This document shows positions 43,123 through 54,988 of a DNA stretch of 64,000 bases, in pieces. Source of the DNA: Pseudomonas aeruginosa PAO1 (lineage in GTDB: Bacteria; Pseudomonadota; Gammaproteobacteria; Pseudomonadales; Pseudomonadaceae); the NCBI RefSeq assembly GCF_000006765.1, contig NC_002516.2; one strand, given 5' to 3'. The notes under the pieces are model-generated. The model saw only the letters and a program-made list of their open reading frames with translations. It searched no databases and was not told the DNA's origin. The position numbers and the translations under genes were made by a program. Positions within the stretch are counted from its first letter, which is position 1. Each line of letters begins with the position of its first letter.

Positions 43123-44253
43123 TCATAGCCAATCTGCGTAAAATTGCACCAGCCTTGCCGCAAGATCCGGACGCATGCCCTGTTCGTCGGCCCAGCGCTG
43201 CGCTTCCCGACGCCACTCGGGCAGTTGCCTCTCCAGCCCCTCCCAGGCCCCGGCAAGTCCACCGCCGGCGTTCCACGCCAGCCAGAAGGTGCGCAGGTTT
43301 TCCGCCAGGTCGGCGGGCAGGCCGGCGCAATAGAGTTCGAGGAATGCCTCGAGCTTCGCCAGGTGCGTCTCCTCTTCCTGTCTATAGATGTGCCAGAGCA
43401 GCGGCCGTCCCGCCCACTGCGCGCGAACGAAGGAATCCTCGCCGCGCACCGCGTTCAGGTCGCAGCACCACAACAGGCGATCGTAGTCGTCCTGCGCCAT
43501 GAACGGCAGCACCTGGACCCGCAACGCGTCGCGCACGTGGACGTCCCCGACGGCCAGGGTAGCCACCCGCAGCCAATCGGCGACATCCGCCAGCACCCGC
43601 CCTTCCGGCACCAGCAGCAGGCTCGGCTGGCGGGCGTCGCGCAGTTGTTCCAGCCAGCCAGGCAGCGCCGGGTTTTCGTAGGCAAACAGCGAAATCAGTC
43701 GCTCGCCAACCTTCCGCCGCACGCCGAGGGAGGCGAGAAACTCATCCTGCGCCGAGACGGAGGCCTGGAAACGGCGCCGACGTTCCAGCAGGCCGGCCTC
43801 GCGCAACAGGCCGCCACTGGGCTCGCGGAACCCGGGAAAGAAGAAGTACTTGGAAAGCCCGCACGCCTGCAGCGACGGCAATGCGTGGCAACTGCCGATC
43901 CATTCCTCGGCACTCAGGTACTCCAGGTTCAGCCACAGGGACGGCCGCTTGCGCTCGCGCATGGCCTGCCGGTGCGCCTCCGGCAGTTCGCAGGCGAAGG
44001 CCTCTATCACCACATCGGCGGCCGCCACCGGTGCCCACGGTCGGCCCCAGGCACGCACTTCGACCCCATCCAGGCACTGCACGTGCGCCACCGGGTCCGC
44101 CCGCGGACAGATCCGGGCGAAGGCCTGCGGCTCGTCCACCCACAGGCGCACGGCCTGACCGTGCTCGGCGGCCAGTTGGCGAGCCAGGCGCCAGGTGACG
44201 CCGATGTCGCCATAGTTGTCGACCACGCTACAGAAAATGTCCCAGCTCGCCAT
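43123..44253 (-). CDS. earP: EF-P arginine rhamnosyltransferase
   Basis: IFCSVVDNYGDIGV, NLEYLSAE, FFFPGF, RGEDS; directly upstream of efp. Confidence 0.95.
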   Translation of the reverse strand: MASWDIFCSVVDNYGDIGVTWRLARQLAAEHGQAVRLWVDEPQAFARICPRADPVAHVQCLDGVEVRAWGRPWAPVAAADVVIEAFACELPEAHRQAMRERKRPSLWLNLEYLSAEEWIGSCHALPSLQACGLSKYFFFPGFREPSGGLLREAGLLERRRRFQASVSAQDEFLASLGVRRKVGERLISLFAYENPALPGWLEQLRDARQPSLLLVPEGRVLADVADWLRVATLAVGDVHVRDALRVQVLPFMAQDDYDRLLWCCDLNAVRGEDSFVRAQWAGRPLLWHIYRQEEETHLAKLEAFLELYCAGLPADLAENLRTFWLAWNAGGGLAGAWEGLERQLPEWRREAQRWADEQGMRPDLAARLVQFYADWL

Positions 44254-44344
44254 CCGCCTCTCCTCTTCGTGCCCGGCAGTCTACCAAGGCACCCCGCGGA
44301 CTTTCCTCCGACGACCTAAGCCGATGAAAAAGTTAAAAAAATAT

Positions 44345-44380
44345 TTGCCAAGCGGGAAATGTTCGAGTAAATTGCGCGCC
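44345..44380 (+). promoter_or_regulatory. sigma70 stable-RNA promoter of tRNA-Ser
   Basis: TTGCCA-N17-TAAATT-GCGCGCC. Confidence 0.75.
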
Positions 44381-44408
44381 TCGACAGACACGGCGCTGTC
44401 GAGAACCT

Positions 44409-44498
44409 GGTGAGGTGTCCGAGTGGTTGAAGGAGCACGCCTGGAAAGTGTGTATACGGGAAACCGTATCGAGGGTTCGAATCCCTCCCTCACCGCCA
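44409..44498 (+). tRNA. tRNA-Ser (GGA)
   Basis: GGTGAGGTGTCCGAGTGG...CCTGGAAAG...long variable arm...GTTCGAATCC...CACCGCCA, 90 nt. Confidence 0.97.
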
Positions 44499-44507
44499 GA
44501 TCGCAAG

Positions 44508-44541
44508 AAGGCCCGGCTAATCAAGTTAGCCGGGCCTTTTT
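44508..44541 (+). terminator. Terminator of tRNA-Ser
   Basis: AAGGCCCGGCTAA-TCAAG-TTAGCCGGGCCTT followed by T run. Confidence 0.9.
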
Positions 44542-44914
44542 CATTTCCGCACCAATACTTACGGCATTTCCGGCAACATGCTGGCAACTTAGTTGTTACT
44601 TGCCACTCTCCGCCAAGTCGATAAGCGCCAGCCACTCCGGCGGAACATTCTCGACAACCCGGCAGCCCTCATCCCCCGCCTCTTGCAGCAACTCTACCCA
44701 AGGTCCGGGAAATTGCTTACTTGCGCCGCACGCTGGATATTTTTTGAACAAACGACACTCCAACTACTGCTAAAGTCGGGGGGACTAAAAAAAAAGTTGC
44801 TCGGCTTGCGCTTGGTCAGTTTACTTACTACAAGTAATGGGTAGTATGTAGCCGGCTAATTTCCCCGGCTGGGGAGATTGCTGTTATGGAAATGTCCACC
44901 TTAAGGGGAACACG

Positions 44915-45166
44915 ATGAACAACGTTCTGAAATTCTCTGCTCTGGCTCTGGCTGCTGTTCTGGCCACCGGTTGCAGCAGCCACTCCAAAGAAACCGAAGC
45001 TCGTCTGACCGCTACCGAAGACGCAGCTGCTCGTGCTCAGGCTCGCGCTGACGAAGCCTATCGCAAGGCTGACGAAGCTCTGGGCGCTGCTCAGAAAGCT
45101 CAGCAGACTGCTGACGAGGCTAACGAGCGTGCCCTGCGCATGCTGGAAAAAGCCAGCCGCAAGTAA
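44915..45166 (+). CDS. oprI: Major outer-membrane lipoprotein I
   Basis: [22 protein letters not shown] lipobox; Ala-rich heptads; C-terminal ASRK; high-expression codon bias. Confidence 0.97.
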
Positions 45167-45185
45167 TAGGTCTCACGACCTGTTG

Positions 45186-45214
45186 AAAACCGGTCCCTCG
45201 GGGCCGGTTTTTTT
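45186..45214 (+). terminator. oprI terminator
   Basis: AAAACCGGTCC-CTCG-GGGCCGGTTTTTTT. Confidence 0.85.
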
Positions 45215-45237
45215 ATGCCTGCGTTTCGCCGGGCATG

Positions 45238-45268
45238 AAAAAACCCGCGTCCCTTGCGGGTACGCGGG
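45238..45268 (-). terminator. Terminator of L,D-transpeptidase gene
   Basis: CCCGCGT...ACGCGGG stem with T6 on minus strand. Confidence 0.7.
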
Positions 45269-45289
45269 CCTCTGCCTCGACGCTCTCCG

Positions 45290-46261
45290 TCAGGGCGTAA
45301 GCTGGGTAGGATCGCTATCCACCGTCGCGGTCATCGCCGGCGCCGATTCCTGGGCGATTTCCACCGGCACGCCATCCTCCGAGGCCACCACTTCGCGGAC
45401 CACGTCCCAGTTCAACTGGATACGCTTGGCCAGGTCGTCGCGCTTGAGCAGGGTGTTGATCACCGCGGTGTGCTTGTCCACCACCGACGGGTCGCCATGG
45501 TCGTTCAGCGGCGTATGCGCCTCCAGGTAGACCTTGCCGTTGCTCACGCCGAACTTGTAGGGCTCGTTGATGATACGCACGCTGGTGCCGACGCTGATCA
45601 TCGAGAACAGGTGGGTCACGTCGGCGTTGTACATGCGGAAGCAGCCATGGCTGGTGCGGGTGCCGATGCCGAACTTCTTGTTCGAACCATGGATCAGGTA
45701 GCCCGGCACGCCCAGGGTCAGCTTGTACGGCCCCAGCGGATTGTCCGGGCCCGGCGGCACCACGGTCGGCAGCGGATCGCCATCGGCGGCGTGCTCGGCG
45801 CGGATCGAGGCCGGCGGATACCAGGCCGGGTCCTTGGTCTTGGCGGTGATGCGGGTGTTCGCGATCGGCGAACCCCAGCCCTCGCGGCCGATGCCCAGCG
45901 GATAGGTGTGCACCACGTTCTGCCCTTTCGGGTAGTAGTACAGGCGGTATTCGGCCAGGTTGATCACCACGCCTTCGCGCGGGCCAGGCGGCAGCACGAA
46001 GCGGGTAGGGATGATCACCTCGGTGCCGACGCCCGGCAGCCAGGGATCGACACCGGGGTTGGCGGCGACCATTTCGCTGTAGCCCAGGTTGTACTGCTCG
46101 CCGAGGTCGGCGAAAGTGTCCTCGTACTTGGCCTTGATCACCTGGACCTGGCCGACGACGTCCTCGCCCGGAGGCGGGAGCTGCAGTTCCAGGGCCGATG
46201 CGGAGCCGGCCGAAAGCAGCGCGGCGAAAGACAGTGAGACAACGGGTACGCGCGACAACAT
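45290..46261 (-). CDS. LysM-YkuD L,D-transpeptidase (ErfK/YbiS-like)
   Basis: Signal peptide; ANPGVDPW; PDNPLG; IHGSN...SHGCFRM (HxxN/SxGC). Confidence 0.92.
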   Translation of the reverse strand: MLSRVPVVSLSFAALLSAGSASALELQLPPPGEDVVGQVQVIKAKYEDTFADLGEQYNLGYSEMVAANPGVDPWLPGVGTEVIIPTRFVLPPGPREGVVINLAEYRLYYYPKGQNVVHTYPLGIGREGWGSPIANTRITAKTKDPAWYPPASIRAEHAADGDPLPTVVPPGPDNPLGPYKLTLGVPGYLIHGSNKKFGIGTRTSHGCFRMYNADVTHLFSMISVGTSVRIINEPYKFGVSNGKVYLEAHTPLNDHGDPSVVDKHTAVINTLLKRDDLAKRIQLNWDVVREVVASEDGVPVEIAQESAPAMTATVDSDPTQLTP

Positions 46262-46338
46262 TCCGGAGAATCCTTGGCGAGTGCGATGAAGGAGTAGGAA
46301 AGACAGTGTAACACCCCGCCAGGTTTCACCGGGAGGGC

Positions 46339-46617
46339 TCAGACCAACCAGGACAGGCGCTCCCCACGCTTTTCCGCCTCCAGTTGTTTCCGGCAATCGG
46401 GACACAGCAGCCGGTCGCGCAGACGCGCCCGTTCCAGCGGCTGCCAGCGCGGCTGGGCCGGCAGCAGCTTGCCGCAAAGCGTGCGGTCCGCCGGGGTATC
46501 CAGCTCCAGCTGACGCGCCACCACATGCACCCGGACCTCGCGACAGGCGAACAGGTCCAGCTGATCGTCGGGCTCGATCAGTTGATAGGCGTAGAGGGTC
46601 CAGGCGGGACGCGGCAT
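46339..46617 (-). CDS. Small hypothetical protein with Cys cluster (92 aa)
   Basis: GGAG RBS; FACRE, TLCG, CPDC. Confidence 0.65.
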   Translation of the reverse strand: MPRPAWTLYAYQLIEPDDQLDLFACREVRVHVVARQLELDTPADRTLCGKLLPAQPRWQPLERARLRDRLLCPDCRKQLEAEKRGERLSWLV

Positions 46618-46672
46618 GGGGGGCTCCTGAGGGGTGCGCAACCTTAGCCGAAAGCGGTTTCCCGGGGAAGTC

Positions 46673-47278
46673 TCAAAGCAGCGGTTTCAGCGTCGGCCAG
46701 ACATTTTCCAGGAGCCTCGGCTGGGCGGCGAGCGCCGGATGGATGCCATCCGCCTGCATCATCCCCTGGACCCCGCCGACCCCTTCGAGGAAAAACGGCA
46801 CCAGGGCGGTCTTTTCCTGCGCCGCGACCGCGCCGTAGACCCTGGAAAAGGCCTCGATGTAGCGCGGGCCGTAGTTCGGTGGCAACTGGATACCCAGCAG
46901 CAGCACCTTCGCTCCTTCCGCCCGGGCCTTTTGCGCCATGCTGGCAAGATTCTGTTGCAATTGCGCCGGTGCCATTCCGCGCAGCCCGTCGTTGCCTCCC
47001 AGCTCGATCACCACCAGCGCCGGCTTCTCCTCGGCAAGCAGCGCCGGCAGGCGCGCCAGGCCACCCGCGGAGGTGTCGCCGCTGATCGAGGCGTTCACCA
47101 CCCGGTAGTCGTAACCTTCGTCGGCGAGGCGCTTCTGCAGCAGGGCGACCCAGCCCTGGCTGGTATCCAGTCCCAAAGCGGCGCTGATACTATCGCCCAC
47201 GACCAACAGCGTCTGCGCCGCGGCCTGCTGGGTCAGCAGGACCAGGGCCAGGCAGCCGCTCAACAGCAATGCACGCAT
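46673..47278 (-). CDS. tesA: Periplasmic GDSL/SGNH lysophospholipase/thioesterase
   Basis: GDSIS, NASISGDTS, ELGGNDG, DGIHP; signal peptide. Confidence 0.93.
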   Translation of the reverse strand: MRALLLSGCLALVLLTQQAAAQTLLVVGDSISAALGLDTSQGWVALLQKRLADEGYDYRVVNASISGDTSAGGLARLPALLAEEKPALVVIELGGNDGLRGMAPAQLQQNLASMAQKARAEGAKVLLLGIQLPPNYGPRYIEAFSRVYGAVAAQEKTALVPFFLEGVGGVQGMMQADGIHPALAAQPRLLENVWPTLKPLL

Positions 47279-47288
47279 CGGAACCTCC

Positions 47289-47972
47289 ATGAGCGCCAGC
47301 ATTCTCAACGCGCAGAACCTTAGCAAGGTTGTCGGTAGCGCGGAAGGCAAGTTGACCATCCTCCACGACCTCTCCCTCGACCTCGCCCGCGGCGACAGCC
47401 TGGCGATCGTCGGCAGCTCCGGCTCCGGCAAGTCGACCCTGCTCGGCCTGCTCGCCGGGCTCGACCAGCCCAGCGGCGGCGAGGTCCGTCTCGCCGGGCA
47501 CGCCCTCGGCGACCTCGACGAGGACCAGCGGGCGCGCGTCCGCGCGGCCCATGTAGGCTTCGTGTTCCAGTCGTTCCAGTTGCTCGACAGCCTCGATGCG
47601 CTGGAGAACGTGATGCTGCCCCTGGAGCTGGAAGGCCGCGCCGACGCTCGCCAGCGCGCCAGAGAACTGCTCGAGCGAGTCGGCCTCGGCCAACGCCTGG
47701 GCCACTATCCGCGCCAGCTCTCCGGCGGCGAGCAGCAACGGGTCGCCATTGCCCGTGCCTTCGCGGCGGAGCCGGACGTGCTGTTCGCCGACGAACCCAC
47801 CGGCAACCTCGACAGCGCCACCGGCGAGCGGATCAGCGACCTGCTCTTCGAACTCAACCGCGAACGCGGTACCACCCTGGTCCTGGTTACCCACGACGAG
47901 CGTCTGGCGCATCGCTGCCGGCGCCTGATCCGTCTGGAAAGCGGTCGCCTGATCGACCGGGTCGAACCCTGA
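47289..47972 (+). CDS. ybbA: ABC ATP-binding protein (YbbA-like)
   Basis: [28 protein letters not shown]. Confidence 0.88.
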   Translation: MSASILNAQNLSKVVGSAEGKLTILHDLSLDLARGDSLAIVGSSGSGKSTLLGLLAGLDQPSGGEVRLAGHALGDLDEDQRARVRAAHVGFVFQSFQLLDSLDALENVMLPLELEGRADARQRARELLERVGLGQRLGHYPRQLSGGEQQRVAIARAFAAEPDVLFADEPTGNLDSATGERISDLLFELNRERGTTLVLVTHDERLAHRCRRLIRLESGRLIDRVEP

Positions 47973-50473
47973 TGAAGCCGGTGCCCCTCTCCCGCCTGCT
48001 GAGCCTCGCCGGTCGCCAATTGTTCCGCGAGTCGCGCAGCGGCGAGCTGCGCGTGCTGTTCTTCGCCCTGCTGATCGCGGTCGCCTCGAGCACCGCCATC
48101 GGCTATTTCAGCGCCCGCCTGAACGGCGCCATGCTCGCCCGCGCCGCCGAGTTCCTCGGCGCCGACCTGGTGCTCAACGGTACCCAGCCGGCAAGCGCCG
48201 AACAGATCGAACGCGGCACCCGTCTGGGCCTGCGCCACGCCGACAGCGTCGAGTTTTCCAGCGTGATCGCCACCGACCAGGGCATCCAGCTCAGCAGCAT
48301 CAAGGCGGTCGGCGACCGCTACCCCCTGCGCGGCCAGCTCAAGAGCGCTGCCGCGCCGTTCGCCGCCGAGCAGGCCGGCGGTCGTCCGCAGGCGGGCGAG
48401 GTATGGGTCGAATCGCGCCTGCTGGTCAGCCTCGACCTGAAGGTCGGCGACAGCATCGAGATCGGCCGCAAGCCGCTGCGCATCGCGCGCATCCTTACCT
48501 ACGAGCCGGACCGCGCCGGCGACTTCTACAGCCTGACGCCCCGCGCCATGATGAGCCTGGCCGACCTCGATGCCACCGGGGTGGTCCAGCCGGGCAGCCG
48601 GGTGCGCTACCGCGATCTGTGGGAAGGCCCGCCGGAAGCCCTCCAGGCCTATCGCCAGCAGGTCAAGGGCAGCCTCGCCGCCAACCAGCGCCTGCAGGAT
48701 GCCCGCGACGGCAACCGCCAGGTGGGCGATGCCCTCGGCCGTGCCGAGCGCTACCTGAACCTGGCCAGCCTGGCCGCGGTGCTGCTCGCCGGCGTCGCCG
48801 TGGCGCTGTCCGCCGCCCGTTTCGCTGCACGGCGCTACGACGCCAGCGCGCTGCTGCGCTGCCTCGGTCTGTCGCGCAGCGAAACCCTGCTCCTCTACGC
48901 GCTGCAACTGTTGCTGCTGGGCCTGCTCGCCAGCGCCATCGGCGCCCTGCTCGGCTGGTTGGCACAGCTCGGCCTGTTCCGCCTGCTCGCCACGCTGCTG
49001 CCGCCGGACGTACCAGCCGGCGGCCTGTTCCCCGCCTTCGCCGGGATCGCCACCGGCCTGGTAGCGCTGGCCGGCTTCGCCCTGCCGCCGCTGGCAGCCC
49101 TGGGCCGGGTACCGCCGTTGCGGGTCCTGCGCAGCGACCTGCTGCCGGTGCCGATGCGCACCTGGATGGCCTACGCCTGCGCCCTGCTCGCCCTGGGCCT
49201 GATCATGTGGCGGTTGAGTCTCGACCTGAAGCTGACCCTCGCCCTGCTCGGCGGCGGCCTGGTCGCCACGCTGGTGCTCGGCGCCCTCCTGCTGCTCGGC
49301 CTGAACGGCCTGCGCCGGGCACTGGCGCGTGCCAGCCTGCCATGGCGGCTGGGACTCGGCCAGTTGTTGCGGCACCCGCTGGCCGCCGCCGGACAGAGCC
49401 TGGCCTTCGGCCTGATCCTGCTGGCCATGGCCCTGATCGCCCTGCTTCGCGGCGAACTGCTGGATACCTGGCAGGCCCAGTTGCCGCCGGACGCCCCCAA
49501 CCATTTCGCCCTGAACATCCTGCCGACGGAAAAGGACGCCTTCGAACGTCGCGTGCAAAAGCTCTCCCCCGGCGCCGAGCCGCTGTTCCCCATGGTTCCC
49601 GGGCGCCTGGTAGCGGTGAACGGCAAGCCGGTCCAGGCGCTCGACGAAGACGTGCGCAGCGAGCGTGCCCTGCAGCGCGACCTCGGCCTGACCTGGTCGG
49701 AGCGACTGCCCTCCGGCAACCAGCTCACCGCCGGACGCTGGTGGAGCGCGCCGCAGCCGGGGGCCCTGCCGGGCGTGTCGGTGGAAGAGAAGCTGGCCGC
49801 CAACCTGCGTATCCAGGTCGGCGACCGGCTCACCTTCAGCGTCGCCGGGCAGAATCGCGAGGTCCAGGTCCAGAGCCTGCGCAAGGTGAAGTGGGACAAT
49901 TTCCAGCCGAACTTCTTCATGGTCTTCCAGCCCGGCACCCTGACCGACCTGCCGGTGACCTACCTGACCAGCTTCTACCTGCCGGCCAGCCAGGAACGCG
50001 ACCTGATCGAACTGGCCCGCGCCTTCCCCACCGTCACCCTGCTGCCGGTAGACGCCCTGCTGAGCCAGCTGCGGAGCATCCTCGACCAGGTCACCCTGGC
50101 CGTGGAGTACGTGCTGGTGTTCGTTCTCGCGGCGGGCTTCGTGGTGCTCTTCGCCGGTCTCCAGGCGACCCTCGACGAGCGCGTGCGCCAGGGTGCCCTG
50201 CTGCGCGCGCTGGGTGCCGAGCGCGAGTTGCTGCAACGTACCCGGCGGGTCGAGTTCGCCCTGCTCGGCGCAGTCAGCGGCCTGCTCGCGGCGCTCGGCT
50301 GCGAGGCGGTCAGCCTGCTGCTCTACCGACTGGTCTTCGACCTGCCGTGGCAAGCGCATCCCTGGTTGCTCGCGCTGCCTCTGGTGGGCGCCGTGCTGGT
50401 AGGCGGCGCCGGCCTGCTGGGCACCCGTCGCGCCCTCAACAGCAGCCCGCTGCGGGTCCTGCGCGAGGGCTGA
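47972..50473 (+). CDS. ybbP: MacB/FtsX-like ABC permease (YbbP-like)
   Basis: 833 aa, duplicated TM/periplasmic architecture; [10 protein letters not shown]; stop/start overlap with ybbA. Confidence 0.88.
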   Translation: MKPVPLSRLLSLAGRQLFRESRSGELRVLFFALLIAVASSTAIGYFSARLNGAMLARAAEFLGADLVLNGTQPASAEQIERGTRLGLRHADSVEFSSVIATDQGIQLSSIKAVGDRYPLRGQLKSAAAPFAAEQAGGRPQAGEVWVESRLLVSLDLKVGDSIEIGRKPLRIARILTYEPDRAGDFYSLTPRAMMSLADLDATGVVQPGSRVRYRDLWEGPPEALQAYRQQVKGSLAANQRLQDARDGNRQVGDALGRAERYLNLASLAAVLLAGVAVALSAARFAARRYDASALLRCLGLSRSETLLLYALQLLLLGLLASAIGALLGWLAQLGLFRLLATLLPPDVPAGGLFPAFAGIATGLVALAGFALPPLAALGRVPPLRVLRSDLLPVPMRTWMAYACALLALGLIMWRLSLDLKLTLALLGGGLVATLVLGALLLLGLNGLRRALARASLPWRLGLGQLLRHPLAAAGQSLAFGLILLAMALIALLRGELLDTWQAQLPPDAPNHFALNILPTEKDAFERRVQKLSPGAEPLFPMVPGRLVAVNGKPVQALDEDVRSERALQRDLGLTWSERLPSGNQLTAGRWWSAPQPGALPGVSVEEKLAANLRIQVGDRLTFSVAGQNREVQVQSLRKVKWDNFQPNFFMVFQPGTLTDLPVTYLTSFYLPASQERDLIELARAFPTVTLLPVDALLSQLRSILDQVTLAVEYVLVFVLAAGFVVLFAGLQATLDERVRQGALLRALGAERELLQRTRRVEFALLGAVSGLLAALGCEAVSLLLYRLVFDLPWQAHPWLLALPLVGAVLVGGAGLLGTRRALNSSPLRVLREG

Positions 50474-50524
50474 TCGGATACACTGGCAGGCTTTCATCCG
50501 TTCATTTGTGGAACCACCCGAACC

Positions 50525-51031
50525 ATGAGTCGCTATCGTCCACCGCGCACCGCCGGCACCCCGCTGATCACTCCGGAGGGCGCCGCGCGGTTACGCGCAG
50601 AGCTGCATGAACTCTGGCACGTGCGCCGTCCCCAGGTGACCCAGGCGGTCAGCGAAGCCGCCGCCCTCGGCGATCGCTCGGAAAACGCCGAATACATCTA
50701 CGGCAAGAAGATGCTGCGCGAGATCGACAGTCGCGTGCGCTTCCTGCGCAAGCGCCTGGAGAACCTGAAAGTGGTCGGCGAGCGGCCGGCGGATCCGAAC
50801 CGGGTGTACTTCGGCGCCTGGGTGACCCTGGAAGACGAAGACGGCGAGCAGGCCCGCTATCGCATCGTCGGCCCCGACGAACTGGACCTGCGCAACAACC
50901 AGATCAGCATCGACTCGCCGCTCGCCCGCGCACTGGTCGGCAAGGAGCTGGACGCCGAGGTGCTGGTGCGCACCCCGGCCGGGGAAAAGCTCTGGTTCGT
51001 CGTCGAGATCGAGTATCCGCCGGCGCCCTGA
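50525..51031 (+). CDS. greB: Transcription elongation factor GreB
   Basis: [31 protein letters not shown]. Confidence 0.96.
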   Translation: MSRYRPPRTAGTPLITPEGAARLRAELHELWHVRRPQVTQAVSEAAALGDRSENAEYIYGKKMLREIDSRVRFLRKRLENLKVVGERPADPNRVYFGAWVTLEDEDGEQARYRIVGPDELDLRNNQISIDSPLARALVGKELDAEVLVRTPAGEKLWFVVEIEYPPAP

Positions 51032-51043
51032 GGGGTCACGCGC

Positions 51044-51361
51044 TCAGCGCAGGATACGGCGGGTGATCAGGCCCTGGCGGGCGACCCGGATCAGTTGCCG
51101 GACCACCAGGTCCAGGTCTTCCGCCTCGGGGGCCTGGACCACGGCGAAGTCGAACGCGTCGCTGGGGAAGCGCGCCAGGTCCTTGCCGTCCTGGGCGAAC
51201 TGGATAAGGAAGGTACGCGAACCGTTCCAGCGCTTCGGCCAGCCTTCGAGGTAACGGACGAGGGTCGGCTGGTGCGGGCCGCTGAGGAGAATCCTCGGGT
51301 TCCGCCGGACCAGGCCGGTGGTGATGGGTGCCAGGCGCAATTGCGTGCTGGGACAGGTCAT
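51044..51361 (-). CDS. Hypothetical protein resembling the C-terminal half of a class I SAM methyltransferase
   Basis: FPSDAFDFAV...LIRVARQGLI; start uncertain (51361 vs 51490). Confidence 0.6.
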   Translation of the reverse strand: MTCPSTQLRLAPITTGLVRRNPRILLSGPHQPTLVRYLEGWPKRWNGSRTFLIQFAQDGKDLARFPSDAFDFAVVQAPEAEDLDLVVRQLIRVARQGLITRRILR

Positions 51362-51537
51362 GACGTCATGTCTCCGCCTCTTCGGTCCCGCTGGACAGCG
51401 GTGAGAGGCAACACCGAGCCAGCGCTTTAGCGGTATTTCGGCTGCTGCCGGGCGCCCCGCAAGTTGCTGTTTAAATCGGCGCACGCGCATCCTAGAAAAG
51501 CCGCATGGAGACTGTCAAGAAACACGCGGAGGCGCCC

Positions 51538-52086
51538 ATGCCCGATCGCTCTCTTCGCCTGTTCTTCGCCCTGCCCTGCCCACCTCCCCTCGCCGAGCGG
51601 ATCGGCCGGTGGCGCGATGACCGGCCACTGCCCGGACGCCAGGTGGCGACGGCGAACCTGCACCTGACCCTGGCCTTCCTCGGGCAGGTCCCGTCCGCTC
51701 GGCTCGAGGCCCTGCTGGACATGGCCGCGGCCATCGAGGCCGCGCCCTTCGACCTGTATCTCGACCGCCTGCTGCGCTGGAGAAACGGCATCCTGCTGCT
51801 GGCCCCCAGCCAACCGCCCGGCGCCCTCCTGCGCCTGCGCCGCGCCCTGCGCTCCGGCCTTGCCGAACTGGAGCTGCCCGTGGAAACCCGCTCATTCAGC
51901 GCCCATCTGACCCTGGCTCGCGATGCCGCGCCGCTGGAGGACGCCCCGCTACCCCCAACCTTCGTATGGCAGGTCGACCATTTCAGCCTGTTTTGCTCGC
52001 AAAACGACGCCGCGGGCGTGCGCTACCGCACACTCCGTCGCTGGGCGTTGTGCGGGGAAGATTCAAACGAGCGTTTCGCGCCGTAA
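51538..52086 (+). CDS. thpR: RNA 2',3'-cyclic phosphodiesterase (2H family, LigT)
   Basis: RLFFAL, HLTL and HLTL 2H motifs; GGAGG RBS. Confidence 0.9.
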   Translation: MPDRSLRLFFALPCPPPLAERIGRWRDDRPLPGRQVATANLHLTLAFLGQVPSARLEALLDMAAAIEAAPFDLYLDRLLRWRNGILLLAPSQPPGALLRLRRALRSGLAELELPVETRSFSAHLTLARDAAPLEDAPLPPTFVWQVDHFSLFCSQNDAAGVRYRTLRRWALCGEDSNERFAP

Positions 52087-52174
52087 CAACCCGCCTCTTC
52101 CGCTCTGCCACGCAGGTTATGACCGGCCGCCAGGAAGCCGCGGATTTCCTGGCCTGGAGGAAAAAAGCCGAAGC

Positions 52175-52189
52175 TGGCACGGTTCCTGC
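52175..52189 (+). promoter_or_regulatory. sigma54 (-24/-12) promoter of lipA
   Basis: TGGCAC-N5-CTGC, 93 bp before lipA ATG. Confidence 0.7.
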
Positions 52190-52269
52190 GCAAGGGACAG
52201 CGAAGCGGTTCTCCCGGAAGGATTCGGGCGATGGCTGGCAGGACGCGCCCCTCGGCCCCATCAACCTGA

Positions 52270-54289
<2,020 letters not shown>

Positions 54290-54404
54290 CCGGCACGGAA
54301 ACGCCGAGAACGCGGCGAAGGGCGCTTCGGCGGATAACGCTACCCTCAGGGGTGCAGCCCTGGCGTGGCCGGCGAGGCGGAAACCTGTGCTGCGCGCCGC
54401 AACG

Positions 54405-54440
54405 AAAAAGGGCGGCCACCCGAAGGTGTCCGCCCTTTTT
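54405..54440. terminator. Bidirectional terminator lipH/DoxX
   Basis: AAAAAGGGCGG-CACC-CGAA-GGTG-CCGCCCTTTTT with one mismatch. Confidence 0.85.
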
Positions 54441-54455
54441 CGTCGCCAGCCCGGT

Positions 54456-54890
54456 TCAGCGGGACAGCTTGCCGTCCAGCGAGAACTTGCCGGCGCCATC
54501 GATCAGCAGCGCCACGCTGATCATCAGCAGGGTCAGGGCATATTCATAGCCGTTGTCGGTGATGAAGAAGCCATTGCCGATGTGCACGCTGAAGATCGCC
54601 ACGATCATGGTGAAGCCCACCACCACCGACGCCGGACGCACCAGCAGGCCGATCACCAGCGCCAGGCCGCCGAAGAACTCGGCGCTGCCGGCCAGGGTCG
54701 CCAGCAGGTAGCCAGGGGTCAGGCCGATGGATTCGAACCACTGCGCCATGCCGTTCAGGCCGGCGCCGCCGAACATGCCGAAGAGCTTTTGCGAACCGTG
54801 GGACATCAGGGTAAGACCGGTGACGATACGCAGGATGGCCAGGCCGGCACCGGCGTTGGTCGACAGGATGGTCTTGATCAGTGGATTCAT
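54456..54890 (-). CDS. DoxX-family membrane protein
   Basis: LRIVTG..HGSQKLFG, AEFFGG, GYEYAL, GAGKFSLD. Confidence 0.9.
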   Translation of the reverse strand: MNPLIKTILSTNAGAGLAILRIVTGLTLMSHGSQKLFGMFGGAGLNGMAQWFESIGLTPGYLLATLAGSAEFFGGLALVIGLLVRPASVVVGFTMIVAIFSVHIGNGFFITDNGYEYALTLLMISVALLIDGAGKFSLDGKLSR

Positions 54891-54988
54891 GGTGCGTCCT
54901 CAGGTGTGGGATAAGATGGGCACACTATAGGCAAGATAATTCGATATTAAAACCGCAAAAAACGCGTTATCAATATCGAATTTATAGA

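Noticed and set aside
44778-44795. G6/A9 homopolymers as a phase-variation switch
   Set aside because: Not within a CDS or between identifiable -35/-10 elements; more likely a bending or UP-like tract.
54312-54344. Second REP copy after lipH
   Set aside because: Only the GGCGGATAACGC half is present, without the complementary arm; at best a degenerate remnant.
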